Positions 35,272-44,789 of a stretch of 64,000 bases of DNA are shown here, in pieces. A program made the translations under genes and the position numbers. Within the stretch, counting starts at the first letter, position 1. Every line of letters starts with the position of its first letter. The stretch covers positions 13,732-77,731 of the forward strand of contig CAJXGD010000002.1 of assembly GCA_913053845.1 (NCBI GenBank), written 5' to 3'. The DNA is from an uncultured bacterium. GTDB taxonomy: Bacteria > Bipolaricaulota > Bipolaricaulia > RBG-16-55-9 > DRJF01. Below the pieces are notes generated by a model. It saw nothing but the letters and a program-made list of their open reading frames with translations. It searched no databases and had not been told where the DNA came from.

Positions 35272-36291
35272 TCAACTTACCAAGGGAAGGATTTCCCTGG
35301 CAAAACGTTCGACTTGGCCGAATTGATCCAACGAGCCGAAGCGGCAGATGAAGTAGTTGACTCCCGCAGCCTTGAAGTCCTGAATCCACTGGGCGATCTG
35401 CTCGGGCGTGCCCACTGGCCCCCACTCTCCTAGATCCATCGCTTGACTCAGTTCCGGATAGTAAGTGTGAATGTACTTTTCAAGTCCACGCTGCGCTTCG
35501 TCCTGGCTATCTGCCACGTTCATCGTGACCTGATATGCCATGGTGTAGTCAGAAAGATCACGTCCTTCTTCGCTCACTGCCTCAGCGATCCGTTCACGTT
35601 GGGCGCTGAACTCCTCTGGATGACGCGCTCGACAGCAGGTCATCCAACCATTCCCGTAGCGAGCAATACGCCGTGAAGCCCTATCGATCACGCGCCGAAC
35701 GCTTTCTTCAGTCACCTTGCTGGGGATCAACCGTGGATTGCTGACCACCCAGGTGGACGGGGGTTGCTGAATCGGCATGATAGGGCCCATTTCCGTCCCC
35801 GAATAGAACGAGATATCATCGTACTGGAAATATCTACCGTGGAAGTCGACTTTGCCCGTAGTCCACAGGTCGCGTAGCACGACCAAGCCTTCCTCAAAGA
35901 TGTCAGCTCTTTTGGAGAAATCGAGCTGGAGGGCTTGGTACTCCCTGCGCACCCCTTCTTCAGGGCTGCCCATGCACGCACCTAAGATCGTGCGACCGTT
36001 GGAAAGCACATCTAACGTAGCCCACTCCAATGCTAGATAGAGCGGGTTTCGCGTGGCGGTGACCAGGCAACCTGTGCCCAAACGAACTCTTGAGGTTCGC
36101 TGGGAGAGCGCGGCCAACAACTGTAAGGGTTCGTAACGCGGCTTGGAAAACAAGCTGTCCCCAACCCAAACGGAGTCAAACCCCTTCTCTTCCACGACCA
36201 CAGAAAGATCAAGTAAGTCGTTCAAGGTATAGACCTCTGCAAGGAGGGGTTCACGATTGTTGACATTGACGCCGAATTTAACCATAATCAC
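35272..36291 (-). CDS. LLM-class flavin/F420-dependent oxidoreductase
   Basis: GFDSVWVGDSLFSKPRYEPLQLLAALSQRTSRVRLGTGCLVTATRNPLYLA, the same signature as the F420-operon LLM at 12805. Confidence 0.75.
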   Translation of the reverse strand: MIMVKFGVNVNNREPLLAEVYTLNDLLDLSVVVEEKGFDSVWVGDSLFSKPRYEPLQLLAALSQRTSRVRLGTGCLVTATRNPLYLALEWATLDVLSNGRTILGACMGSPEEGVRREYQALQLDFSKRADIFEEGLVVLRDLWTTGKVDFHGRYFQYDDISFYSGTEMGPIMPIQQPPSTWVVSNPRLIPSKVTEESVRRVIDRASRRIARYGNGWMTCCRARHPEEFSAQRERIAEAVSEEGRDLSDYTMAYQVTMNVADSQDEAQRGLEKYIHTYYPELSQAMDLGEWGPVGTPEQIAQWIQDFKAAGVNYFICRFGSLDQFGQVERFAREILPLVS

Positions 36292-36301
36292 CTCGTTATA
36301 G

Positions 36302-36997
36302 TCATTTGGATTGGGTCAGAGTCCCATGATTGTGAGAGGTCCATGCATCGATGGGCTGTTCGATAGCTTCCCTCTCGATAGCTTCCCTCGGCACTCGAAT
36401 GTGCTCCGCCATCAAGTGTGCGGCCTCATCGGGCTCCGAGCGCTTCACCGCGTTCAAGATCGCCTCGTGCTCACTCTTAGAGTTGTCAATTCCACGGCGC
36501 AGCATGAGAGATTTCAACCGGTATCGTTTCAAGTGGTCCATCAACTGGGCATACATATCTTGGAGGAATTGGTTCCCCGACCGCTCGACGAATAAAGCGT
36601 GGAACTGAGCGTTCAACCGGAAATATTCATCGATGTTTTCGTTCTGTCCTTCAACTCCCATACGCTTTTGCAAACGGTGGAGCGTTTCCAAATCATCCTG
36701 GGAGATCTGCGGTACAGCAAGTCTCACTGCTAACGCTTCTAACGCTTCACGCACTTGAACGAACTCTAGAAACTCTTCCGGGCTAAGCACCGCGACGATG
36801 GCACCGCGACGAGGATAAATAGTCACTAGCCCTTCCACAGCAAGCGCTTGGAGCGCTTCGCGAATAGGTGCTCTGCTAATGTGCAAACGTTCCGCCAGGC
36901 TGACTTCACGCAGACGCTCCCCCGGGGTGAGCCGATGGGATAAGATTTCTTCCTTCAGGTGCTCGTATACCTGTTTGCTTAATGTACGTTTCTCCAT
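36302..36997 (-). CDS. GntR family transcriptional regulator (FadR/FCD subfamily)
   Basis: N-terminal wHTH (LSKQVYEHLKEEILSHRLTPGERL.E..LAERLHISRAPIREAL) plus a C-terminal FCD domain. Start chosen at MEKRTLSK. Confidence 0.8.
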   Translation of the reverse strand: MEKRTLSKQVYEHLKEEILSHRLTPGERLREVSLAERLHISRAPIREALQALAVEGLVTIYPRRGAIVAVLSPEEFLEFVQVREALEALAVRLAVPQISQDDLETLHRLQKRMGVEGQNENIDEYFRLNAQFHALFVERSGNQFLQDMYAQLMDHLKRYRLKSLMLRRGIDNSKSEHEAILNAVKRSEPDEAAHLMAEHIRVPREAIEREAIEQPIDAWTSHNHGTLTQSK

Positions 36998-37012
36998 GGT
37001 ATTGAGTTCTTC

Positions 37013-37028
37013 CCTTAGATTGTCGACA
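37013..37028. promoter_or_regulatory. candidate autoregulatory GntR operator
   Basis: CTTAGATTGTCGACA lies 16-31 nt upstream of the gntR start and is identical to the motif at 27131. Confidence 0.4.
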
Positions 37029-37271
37029 ACATGCAGTATACCAAAACGTCCTCCCAATGTCAAGGGCGAGAGTTGGTGCGCCAAGAGATCAGCTACAGTC
37101 GCAGACAGCTCCCTGGGGAACTGTGGCATCGGGAGTTGGTCGCGGCTTATTAGCCTGGGTCTGCTCTCTGCTCCTCGTCAAGCTCCTTGCCCGCTAGAAG
37201 CCGCGCTTACCGCTGTGATAGGGGCCATACGCCCCTACAGTCGGAGGCGACATGAGGAATAAGATTTAGCA

Positions 37272-38753
37272 TTAGAACTTTCTCGTCCATTCTTTGGGCC
37301 AGCGCTCGATGACCACTTTGCTTTGGGTGAAGAACTCCACGGCGTCGCGACCTTGCCCGTGCAAGACACCGAAGAAACTCTCCTTCCAGCCGCTGAAGGG
37401 GAAAAAGGCCATCGGGGCCGCCACGCCGATGTTGATGCCGATGTTCCCCGCTTGCGCCTCGTAACGGAATTTGCGCGCCGCTGCACCGCTATTAGTGAAT
37501 AAGCAGGCCATGTTGCCATACTTCGCGTTGTTGACGAAAGCGATCGCGTCGTCCACGCTCTTCACGTGCATGATACCCAAGACCGGGCCGAAGAGCTCAG
37601 TGCTGGCAATCTTGCCCTCGGGTGGGATGCCATCTAAGACGGTGGGGCGGATAAAGTTGCCTTGTTCGTAGCCACGAATGGATGCCTTTCTCCCATCCAC
37701 GACCACTTTGCCACCTTCGTCTACTCCCTGTTGGATCAGCCCCTCGATGCGGGCTTTGCTCTGTGGGGTGATCACCGGCCCCATCTCGACGCCGTCATCG
37801 AGGCCATAGCCTACCACGCGATCCCTGGCTGCATCTGCAAGGGCTGCACTGAACCACTCGCGGGCCTCACCCACGGTGATGGCCAGCGAGCCGGCCAAAC
37901 AGCGCTGCCCAGCGTTCCCGAAGAAGCTGTCAGCGGCGATGCGGGTGGTCATCTCCATCTCCGCATCCGGTAAGATGATCAGCGGGTTCTTGGCTCCTCC
38001 ATTCGCCACGACACGCTTTCCATTGGCCGCCGCACGGCTGTAAATATGCTTGGCCACAACCGTGGAGCCGACGAAGCTGATCACCTGAATCAGGGGATGA
38101 TCGAGGATGGCATTGACGGTGTCGGGACCACCGTTCACCAGATTCACTACGCCACTCGGGAAACCAACCTCTTCTTCGAGCAGTTGGAAAATCCTTTGCA
38201 TCGTCATGGGAGTTCGCTCGGAAGGTTTAACGAGGTAGGTGTTCCCGGTCGCCAGCGCATAAGGCATATACCAGAAAGGAACCAAAACGGGGAAATTAAA
38301 GGGTACGATGGTGGTCGCCACGCCCACCGGCTGTCGAATCATGAATTCGTCAATGCCACGGGCGATGTCCTCCGAGTTGTATCCCTGCATCAAGATGGGG
38401 ATGCCACAAGCTACCTCGACGTTCTCAATTGCCCGACGCATCTCTCCTCGCGATTCATCCAGGGTCTTGCCATTTTCCATCGTGATGAGACGCGAGAGTT
38501 CCTCGAAGTGTTCCTCGAGTAAGTTCTTCAACTTGAAGAGATACTGGACGCGCTCAACGGCCGGGGTATGTCGCCAGTCGTCGAAGGCGGCCGCGGCAGT
38601 CTGCGCGGCCTGGTCCACCTCCGCTGCCGGGGAGAGTGGCACTCGCGTCAGCAACTCTCCGGTGGCGGGGTTGTTCACCTTCAGGGACTCCTGAGCAGTC
38701 GAACGCTGCCACTGGCCATTGATGTAGTTAAGCAGTTGTTCGTCGTTTACCAT
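37272..38753 (-). CDS. mmsA: CoA-acylating methylmalonate/malonate-semialdehyde dehydrogenase
   Basis: [34 protein letters not shown] matches the MmsA hallmark (ITPFNFPAMIPLWMFP...KPSE). Catalytic Cys region GQRC. AAAGGAGGA ribosome-binding site before the ATG at 38753. Confidence 0.85.
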   Translation of the reverse strand: MVNDEQLLNYINGQWQRSTAQESLKVNNPATGELLTRVPLSPAAEVDQAAQTAAAAFDDWRHTPAVERVQYLFKLKNLLEEHFEELSRLITMENGKTLDESRGEMRRAIENVEVACGIPILMQGYNSEDIARGIDEFMIRQPVGVATTIVPFNFPVLVPFWYMPYALATGNTYLVKPSERTPMTMQRIFQLLEEEVGFPSGVVNLVNGGPDTVNAILDHPLIQVISFVGSTVVAKHIYSRAAANGKRVVANGGAKNPLIILPDAEMEMTTRIAADSFFGNAGQRCLAGSLAITVGEAREWFSAALADAARDRVVGYGLDDGVEMGPVITPQSKARIEGLIQQGVDEGGKVVVDGRKASIRGYEQGNFIRPTVLDGIPPEGKIASTELFGPVLGIMHVKSVDDAIAFVNNAKYGNMACLFTNSGAAARKFRYEAQAGNIGINIGVAAPMAFFPFSGWKESFFGVLHGQGRDAVEFFTQSKVVIERWPKEWTRKF

Positions 38754-38793
38754 CGGTCCTCCTTTAAGGCTATCTGACACGACATACTATCAC

Positions 38794-39795
38794 CTAAGAA
38801 CTGAACTCAGGGATGATGCTCCTCCCGTACTCCTCCACGATGTGCTCCTCCTCGCCACACATCAGATAGATGTTAAACTGCGACACCCCGATCTCTGCCA
38901 ATTCCTTGAGCCTGGCGATGTGAGCGTCCACCGGGCCATTGAGGCCAAAGGAATCAATGATCTCATCGGAGATGAAGCCCAGATGGCCGGCGTCCTTGTC
39001 GGCATGTCGTAGGTAGTCATATCCCTTTCGACCTTCGATGGAGTCGGCCAGGTGTTTGGGAATAACCTCCCCTGACTTACCATATTTCTCTACCAGGTCG
39101 GCCACATGGTTGCCTACCATGGCCGGGAACCAGCGAATCTGCGCCCGCCCTTCGTCCAGATCATCGGAGAGCCATACCGGCGCTGCGGACATCACGCTTA
39201 GCTTGTTAGGATCTTTCCCAGTTGCTTTGGCAGCCTCCTTCGCCTGACCTGAGAACCATTTGACCAACCAGGGGTCGGCCAACTGGATGATCAAACCGTC
39301 GCCATGTTCCCCGGCGACCCGAAGCGCCTTGGGGCCATAAGCGGCAATCCAGATGGGCACATTCTCCGCAGCCCAGGGGAACTTTACCTCCACGCCATCG
39401 AGTTTGACGACTTTGCCCTGCGTCAGCGTGCGCACCGTCTCCACGCATTCGGCCAGGTGCTGCAACGTCATCGGTTTACGATGGAGCACGCGCCGCGAAC
39501 TGTCCCCTCGCCCGATGCCCATGGTCACCCGTCCACCGCTCAGTCGGCTCATCGCGGCGAACAGGCTGGCCGTGACCGTCCAATCGCGCACGCCGGGGTT
39601 GGTCACACAGGTGCCAAACCGTAGCTTCTCCGTGTGAGCTATGCAGTAGGACATCGTGGCATAGCATTCTTGCCAGAGCACGTGGCTGTCGAAGAACCAA
39701 GCATGCTTGAACCCCGCCGCCTCCGCCTGCCGGCACAGCGCCACCGTCCGCTGGGGTTCCATGTCACCTTTGAAGGTAATCGCAAATTCCATAAA
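38794..39795 (-). CDS. LLM-class flavin/F420-dependent oxidoreductase
   Basis: TIM-barrel LLM pattern (GFKHAWFFDSH ... GGRVTMGIGRGD). Start chosen at MEFAITFKG. Confidence 0.7.
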   Translation of the reverse strand, partial: FMEFAITFKGDMEPQRTVALCRQAEAAGFKHAWFFDSHVLWQECYATMSYCIAHTEKLRFGTCVTNPGVRDWTVTASLFAAMSRLSGGRVTMGIGRGDSSRRVLHRKPMTLQHLAECVETVRTLTQGKVVKLDGVEVKFPWAAENVPIWIAAYGPKALRVAGEHGDGLIIQLADPWLVKWFSGQAKEAAKATGKDPNKLSVMSAAPVWLSDDLDEGRAQIRWFPAMVGNHVADLVEKYGKSGEVIPKHLADSIEGRKGYDYLRHADKDAGHLGFISDEIIDSFGLNGPVDAHIARLKELAEIGVSQFNIYLMCGEEEHIVEEYGRSIIPEFSS

Positions 39796-39823
39796 TCCCC
39801 CCCTTAATGACTTAAATATTTCT

Positions 39824-41131
39824 TTAATCCACCAACGTATCCACCCAGCTGAGCGCCTGATCCAAGCCGCGCAGGCCCTCGTCAATCTGCGCCTCGCTGA
39901 TGATCAGCGGCGGGGCGATGATCAAGGTATTGATCATGCCGACCATGTAGACGCCGCCGGCCAAGGCCTTGCCTGTGGCCTGCGCCAGCACGCTGGGGCC
40001 ACCCTTGACCTTGACGCCGTACTCGTCGAACGGTTCCTTGGTTTTGCGATCCTTGACCAGCTCCACGCCGCAGAACAGGCCTACGCCGCGCACCTCACCC
40101 ACACAGGGATGTCGCGCCTGGAGCTGGCGTAGCTTGTCGAGTAGATAGTTGCCCTTCCGCTTGGCCGCCGGGATCAGCTGCTCATCTTCGTAGATCTGGA
40201 TCGTCTCCAGCGCCGCGGCCACGGTCATGGGGTGGCCGGAGTAGGTGTGCCCGAGATTAAAGAAATTATCATTGAAGTGCGCTGCGATCTCCTCATTGAC
40301 AATCGTGCCTGCCAGCGGCAAATAGGCCGCAGTGATGCCCTTCGCCACGGCCATGATGTCGGGCACCACCTCCCATAGGTCGCAGGCGAACCACTCGCCG
40401 CAGCGTCCGAAGCCGCTCATCACCTCATCGGCGATGAGCAAGGCGCCATGCTTGTGGCAGATCCTAAGCAATTCGGGCAGGTACTCCGGCGGTGGGACCA
40501 GGATGCCGTTCGAGCCCACCACCGGCTCGACGATCACCGCGGCCACGGTGTCGCCTTCGAGGGTGAGCATCTCGTCAATGTAGTCCAACGTCTTCATCAC
40601 GCTGCCGAAGACGGTGCGATACTCATAGGGATCGGGAGCTTTGAGGATGCCAGGGATGGCCGGTTCGGTGGCCCAGCGCCGCGGGTCGCCGGTGAGCGCG
40701 ATCGAGCCGCAGGTCGAACCATGGTAGGAGCGATAGCGTGAGATGATCTTCTGCTTCCCGGTGAACCAGCGTGCGATCATCAGTGCTGCCTCGATGGCCT
40801 CAGTTCCACCGGGGGAGAAGAACGTTTTACACAGGTCACCCGGCGTGATCTCGGCCAGCTTCTTGCCCAACTTGGCGCGGGCTTCGCAGGTAAAGCCGGG
40901 CGCGATATAGGCAAACTTGCTTGCTTGCGCTTGAATCGCGCGGTTGAGGCGTTCGTTTTTATGACCCAACTGCGAGCACATCAATTGGGAAGAGAAGTCC
41001 AGATAGCGCCGGCCCTCGGCGTCGGTGAAGTACACCCCTTCGGCAGCGACAATTTGCTTGGGATGAACGTTCTTCTGGAACGACCAGGTGCCAAACACGT
41101 ACTGTTGGTCCATCTGCTCGATCTCGTTCAC
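39824..41131 (-). CDS. class III (omega) aminotransferase, beta-alanine/pyruvate-type
   Basis: Aspartate aminotransferase family fold III. DEVMSGFGRCGEWFA PLP-lysine region. Confidence 0.85.
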   Translation of the reverse strand: MNEIEQMDQQYVFGTWSFQKNVHPKQIVAAEGVYFTDAEGRRYLDFSSQLMCSQLGHKNERLNRAIQAQASKFAYIAPGFTCEARAKLGKKLAEITPGDLCKTFFSPGGTEAIEAALMIARWFTGKQKIISRYRSYHGSTCGSIALTGDPRRWATEPAIPGILKAPDPYEYRTVFGSVMKTLDYIDEMLTLEGDTVAAVIVEPVVGSNGILVPPPEYLPELLRICHKHGALLIADEVMSGFGRCGEWFACDLWEVVPDIMAVAKGITAAYLPLAGTIVNEEIAAHFNDNFFNLGHTYSGHPMTVAAALETIQIYEDEQLIPAAKRKGNYLLDKLRQLQARHPCVGEVRGVGLFCGVELVKDRKTKEPFDEYGVKVKGGPSVLAQATGKALAGGVYMVGMINTLIIAPPLIISEAQIDEGLRGLDQALSWVDTLVD

Positions 41132-42531
41132 GCCAGCCCTCCTTGGGGTGCGGCATTGAGCAGTTCGCTCGAGATGGTCCGCTCGACGAATTTGCCGCGG
41201 CCACGCTCAGCCTTCAGTTCCCCCTCTTCCACGATGACCTCGCCGCGCGAGATGGTGATCACCGGCCAGCCGGTCAGCTCCCGCCCCTCGTAGAGGCTGT
41301 AGTCCGAGTTGCTGTGCATGGCTTCAGCCGTGACCGTCCTCTTGAGCTGGGGATCGACGATCACGATGTCGGCATCCTTGCCCACCTCGAGCGAGCCCTT
41401 GTGCTGCAAGCCGTGAATCTTGGCGGTGTTTTCGCTGAGCAGTTGCGCCAGACGGCTCAGCGAGATGCGGCCTTGGTTGACCCCTTCGCTGAACATATAG
41501 GGCAGCAGCGTCTCCACACCCATGCCGCCGTTGGGCACCTTGGAGAACAGCTCCCGGCCCAGCAGCTTCTGCTCGGTGCTGAAGGGGCAGTGGTCCGTGC
41601 CCATACAGGGAATGTCCCCCCTCTCGATACCGCTCCACAGCGCCTCGTTGTCCTTCTTGAGACGCATTGGTGGAGTCATGATGTAGTTCAGGCCGTCCTC
41701 TTGCGCGTAAACGTCTTTGGTGAATTCTAGATATTGCGGACAGGTCTCCATCATGATCGGATAGCCCTGGTGCTGAGCCTGACGCAGATGATTCAAGCCT
41801 TCTTCGGTGCTCAGATGCACCACGTAGAGCGCTGAGCCGGCCGCCTTGGCCAGCTCAATCGAGGTGGCAATCGAAGTGCCTTCCACGAAGTTGGGCCGGC
41901 TGTCGTAATGCTGCATCCAGGAGACCTTGCCCCGGGCCTCCTGCTCTTGCATCAGCTGCTCCACCACATCAGCGTTCTCAGCATGAATCAACACCAGGCC
42001 GTTGTGCCGGTGCGTCTCCTGCAGCATCTTGAACAAGAAGCCGTCGCCCACGTGAAAACCCTCGCGCTTGTAGGGCAAAAAGAGCTTGAAGGTCGGCATG
42101 CCCAGCTCGATTAGCTTTTGGACGTAATCCAAGTTCTGTTGAGTCTCAGTAGTAAAGCTGGGATGAAAGCTGTAATCCACCACCACTTTTGGCTCAGCCA
42201 GCTCGCGGCGCGCCTGGATGTGATCCAGAATGTCTACGTCCTTACCATGAATGGCAAAGTCAATAACTGAAGTGACCCCGCCGAAGGCAGCAGCCACCGT
42301 GCCTTGGTAGAAGTCATCGGCCGAGATGGTGCCCTGAAACGGCAGCTCCAGGTGCACGTGAGGGTCAATCGCGCCCGGCAGCACCACTTTACCGGTCGCA
42401 TCGATGGTGCGTTTGCCTTCAAGCTTGTCCTCACTAAGGATAGCAATCTCTTCGCCACGCACGCCTAGCGAGCAGTTCCGTACCCTACCGGGCGTGACCA
42501 CCTTCCCGTTCGCAATCACCAGATCGTACAT
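41128..42531 (-). CDS. dihydropyrimidinase/D-hydantoinase (cyclic amidohydrolase)
   Basis: GAIDPHVHLELPF ... carboxylated-Lys region ... amidohydrolase-superfamily metal ligands. 467 aa, typical of the family. Confidence 0.85.
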   Translation of the reverse strand: MYDLVIANGKVVTPGRVRNCSLGVRGEEIAILSEDKLEGKRTIDATGKVVLPGAIDPHVHLELPFQGTISADDFYQGTVAAAFGGVTSVIDFAIHGKDVDILDHIQARRELAEPKVVVDYSFHPSFTTETQQNLDYVQKLIELGMPTFKLFLPYKREGFHVGDGFLFKMLQETHRHNGLVLIHAENADVVEQLMQEQEARGKVSWMQHYDSRPNFVEGTSIATSIELAKAAGSALYVVHLSTEEGLNHLRQAQHQGYPIMMETCPQYLEFTKDVYAQEDGLNYIMTPPMRLKKDNEALWSGIERGDIPCMGTDHCPFSTEQKLLGRELFSKVPNGGMGVETLLPYMFSEGVNQGRISLSRLAQLLSENTAKIHGLQHKGSLEVGKDADIVIVDPQLKRTVTAEAMHSNSDYSLYEGRELTGWPVITISRGEVIVEEGELKAERGRGKFVERTISSELLNAAPQGGLA

Positions 42532-42555
42532 GAGCCTCTCCTTTCTTCTTTTGTC

Positions 42556-43425
42556 CTACAGTTCGACGAGCTGGCTGTAGAGGTCCGGGCGGCGGTCACG
42601 GAAGAACTGCCACACCTTACGCACCTCTGCGATTTGATCCAGATCCAGATCTGCTACCAATACCTCGTCTTCGTCCTCACCGGCTTGGGCGACGATCTGG
42701 CCGCGAGGATCACAGAAATAACTGGAACCGTACCACTTGCCGATGTCCCATGGTTGTTCATGACCCACCCGATTGATCGCGCCCACGAAGTACTGGTTGG
42801 CCACAGCGTCTGCGGGTTGTTCCAACTTCCAGAGGTATTGGCTCAAGCCAGCCACGGTAGCCGAAGGATTAAACACGATCTCTGCTCCACCCAGGCCCAG
42901 AGCACGCGCGCCTTCGGGGAAATGGCGATCGTAGCAGATATAAACTCCCACTTTACCGAACTGGGTTTGGAATACGGGATAGCCCAGATTCCCAGGCCGA
43001 AAGTAGAACTTTTCCCAAAACCCTGGCTTGCAGTGAGGGATATGGGTCTTGCGGTACTTACCGAGGTAGGTGCCATCCGCATCTATCACCGCAGCGGTGT
43101 TGTAGTAGACGCCCGTCATGTCTTCCTCATAGACCGGAACGATCATTACCATTCCATGTTTCTTGGCCACTTCTTGCATAAGCCGAGTGGTTTCCCCCTC
43201 AGGGACCTTCTCGGTAAGGTCGTACCAGCGGGTACTCTGCTCCGCGCAGAAGTATGGTCCGTAGAACAATTCCTGCAAGCACAGCATCTGGACGCCCTGT
43301 TGCGCAGCCTGCTCGATGAGCTTGAGGTGCTTCTCGATCATGTTGCGCTTGATAACCTCGTTGGATTCGGTTACCGGTGTGTTGAGAGAGGCTTGGATGA
43401 GCCCTCCCTTGACAACTCTGGCCAT
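42556..43425 (-). CDS. carbon-nitrogen hydrolase (nitrilase superfamily): N-carbamoyl amidohydrolase/beta-ureidopropionase-like
   Basis: Catalytic triad context E(LQELF)...GKYRKTHIP...VYICYDRHFPE. Resembles D-carbamoylase and beta-alanine synthase. Confidence 0.8.
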   Translation of the reverse strand: MARVVKGGLIQASLNTPVTESNEVIKRNMIEKHLKLIEQAAQQGVQMLCLQELFYGPYFCAEQSTRWYDLTEKVPEGETTRLMQEVAKKHGMVMIVPVYEEDMTGVYYNTAAVIDADGTYLGKYRKTHIPHCKPGFWEKFYFRPGNLGYPVFQTQFGKVGVYICYDRHFPEGARALGLGGAEIVFNPSATVAGLSQYLWKLEQPADAVANQYFVGAINRVGHEQPWDIGKWYGSSYFCDPRGQIVAQAGEDEDEVLVADLDLDQIAEVRKVWQFFRDRRPDLYSQLVEL

Positions 43426-43670
43426 AATGCCTCCTTGCTATAGCCCTTAGCGGTCAACATGCGCTTTTCGCTTGGGCTTTCTCAGCTATGGGGTTAGCGC
43501 AGTATACAACTAAATTTTTCCTGGAGTCAAGGGCAGGTTGTGCTGGCACCTCTCCAGTTTGAGGATCATAGCCTTCTTCCCAGCTTAGCGGTTACCCTAT
43601 TGATCTTGCCGGGCAAACGTGCTAGACTAAACCTGTGCCAGGTAAGCGGTAGCAACGGGGGTGATCGGCC

Positions 43671-44789
43671 GTGAACTGTGATGACCGGGGTAGACCCAAG
43701 CAACTCAGGGTGGCTCTGGCGATAGCTATGTTATTAGTGCTCGCAGCGTTTGTCGGAAATGCGGCTCCGGCGGGCACATCTACCTCTTTAAGCTGCCTGG
43801 TTGCCCCCAGCTTCTCCCTGGCCAAACTGGCCGACGGCCCGAGCTGGCCAGGAGGAGGCAGATTACTGGCTTTGTCAAGCTCGAAACGTCTCCAAGGAGC
43901 TAAACTAGGGTGCCTGGCCCAGACGCATCCAGCGCGGTCAAAGCCGTCGGCCACTCACTCCCCCACGGTCACCCAGACGCCGGCCCAGCAGGTGACGCTT
44001 TGGCGCAGCTCGGAATCACTACTGACTTTGCTGCGCTTGCAGGATCCGGTCTACCAACAGCTCTCCGGCGATCAGTCAAGGGCCACGCGAGATTATTTCC
44101 TGGCCATCGGCAATTTGGCCTCACTGGCCACCAGAATCAACTGGGTCAGCCGGCTGGTCAAGCCGCTGCTCACCGAGGATGCCCCCGATGCCGAACTGCA
44201 GTTGCAGTTCGGTCAGGCCTCCTTGAAGGCTAAACTGGATTTCATGGCCGGGCTGTTGCAATATGTGGTGGAGAGCTTGCGCTCCTCCTCGGCACCGCTG
44301 CCCTCCGGCGAGGGCGTCACGCTGGTCTTCAACTTCAACGGGGTCATCGTAGATGTGTCCACCGCCTTGAAAGGCGCGCCGGCCAATAGCCCCAAAGGGG
44401 GAAAGCGCATCGGCCTGGATCACATCACCGTGACCATCAGCCGCGGTGGCTTCAGCAGCGCTGCCGAGCTGAACCCCGCTGACTTCACCATCACCCGTGG
44501 TCACCTGCAACTGCGGTTCCATCTCGGCCTCGACTCGATCACCTCCACTACCAACTTCACCAAGGAGGAAGGGCTGACCAAAGAGGTGCTGGAGGTCAGC
44601 GCTCGATGGGGCGGCATAGATTGGGTGGGACAGGCGACCTTCGCTCCAGGCTTGCAGGAGTATAAGTTGCGCGCTTCGCTCAACCCCAACCTGGCGATCT
44701 CCACCAGCTCGCTCTGGACGCCGGAAGGGTTTGTGCCCGGCTTCGGTTTCAGCTTGAACTTCTGCGTGGTCGGCTGCGGCAGCCCGTGA
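43671..44789 (+). CDS. hypothetical secreted protein
   Basis: N-terminal hydrophobic signal/anchor (LRVALAIAMLLVLAAFVGNAAPA). Stop overlaps the coaBC GTG start (GTGA). Confidence 0.5.
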   Translation: MNCDDRGRPKQLRVALAIAMLLVLAAFVGNAAPAGTSTSLSCLVAPSFSLAKLADGPSWPGGGRLLALSSSKRLQGAKLGCLAQTHPARSKPSATHSPTVTQTPAQQVTLWRSSESLLTLLRLQDPVYQQLSGDQSRATRDYFLAIGNLASLATRINWVSRLVKPLLTEDAPDAELQLQFGQASLKAKLDFMAGLLQYVVESLRSSSAPLPSGEGVTLVFNFNGVIVDVSTALKGAPANSPKGGKRIGLDHITVTISRGGFSSAAELNPADFTITRGHLQLRFHLGLDSITSTTNFTKEEGLTKEVLEVSARWGGIDWVGQATFAPGLQEYKLRASLNPNLAISTSSLWTPEGFVPGFGFSLNFCVVGCGSP

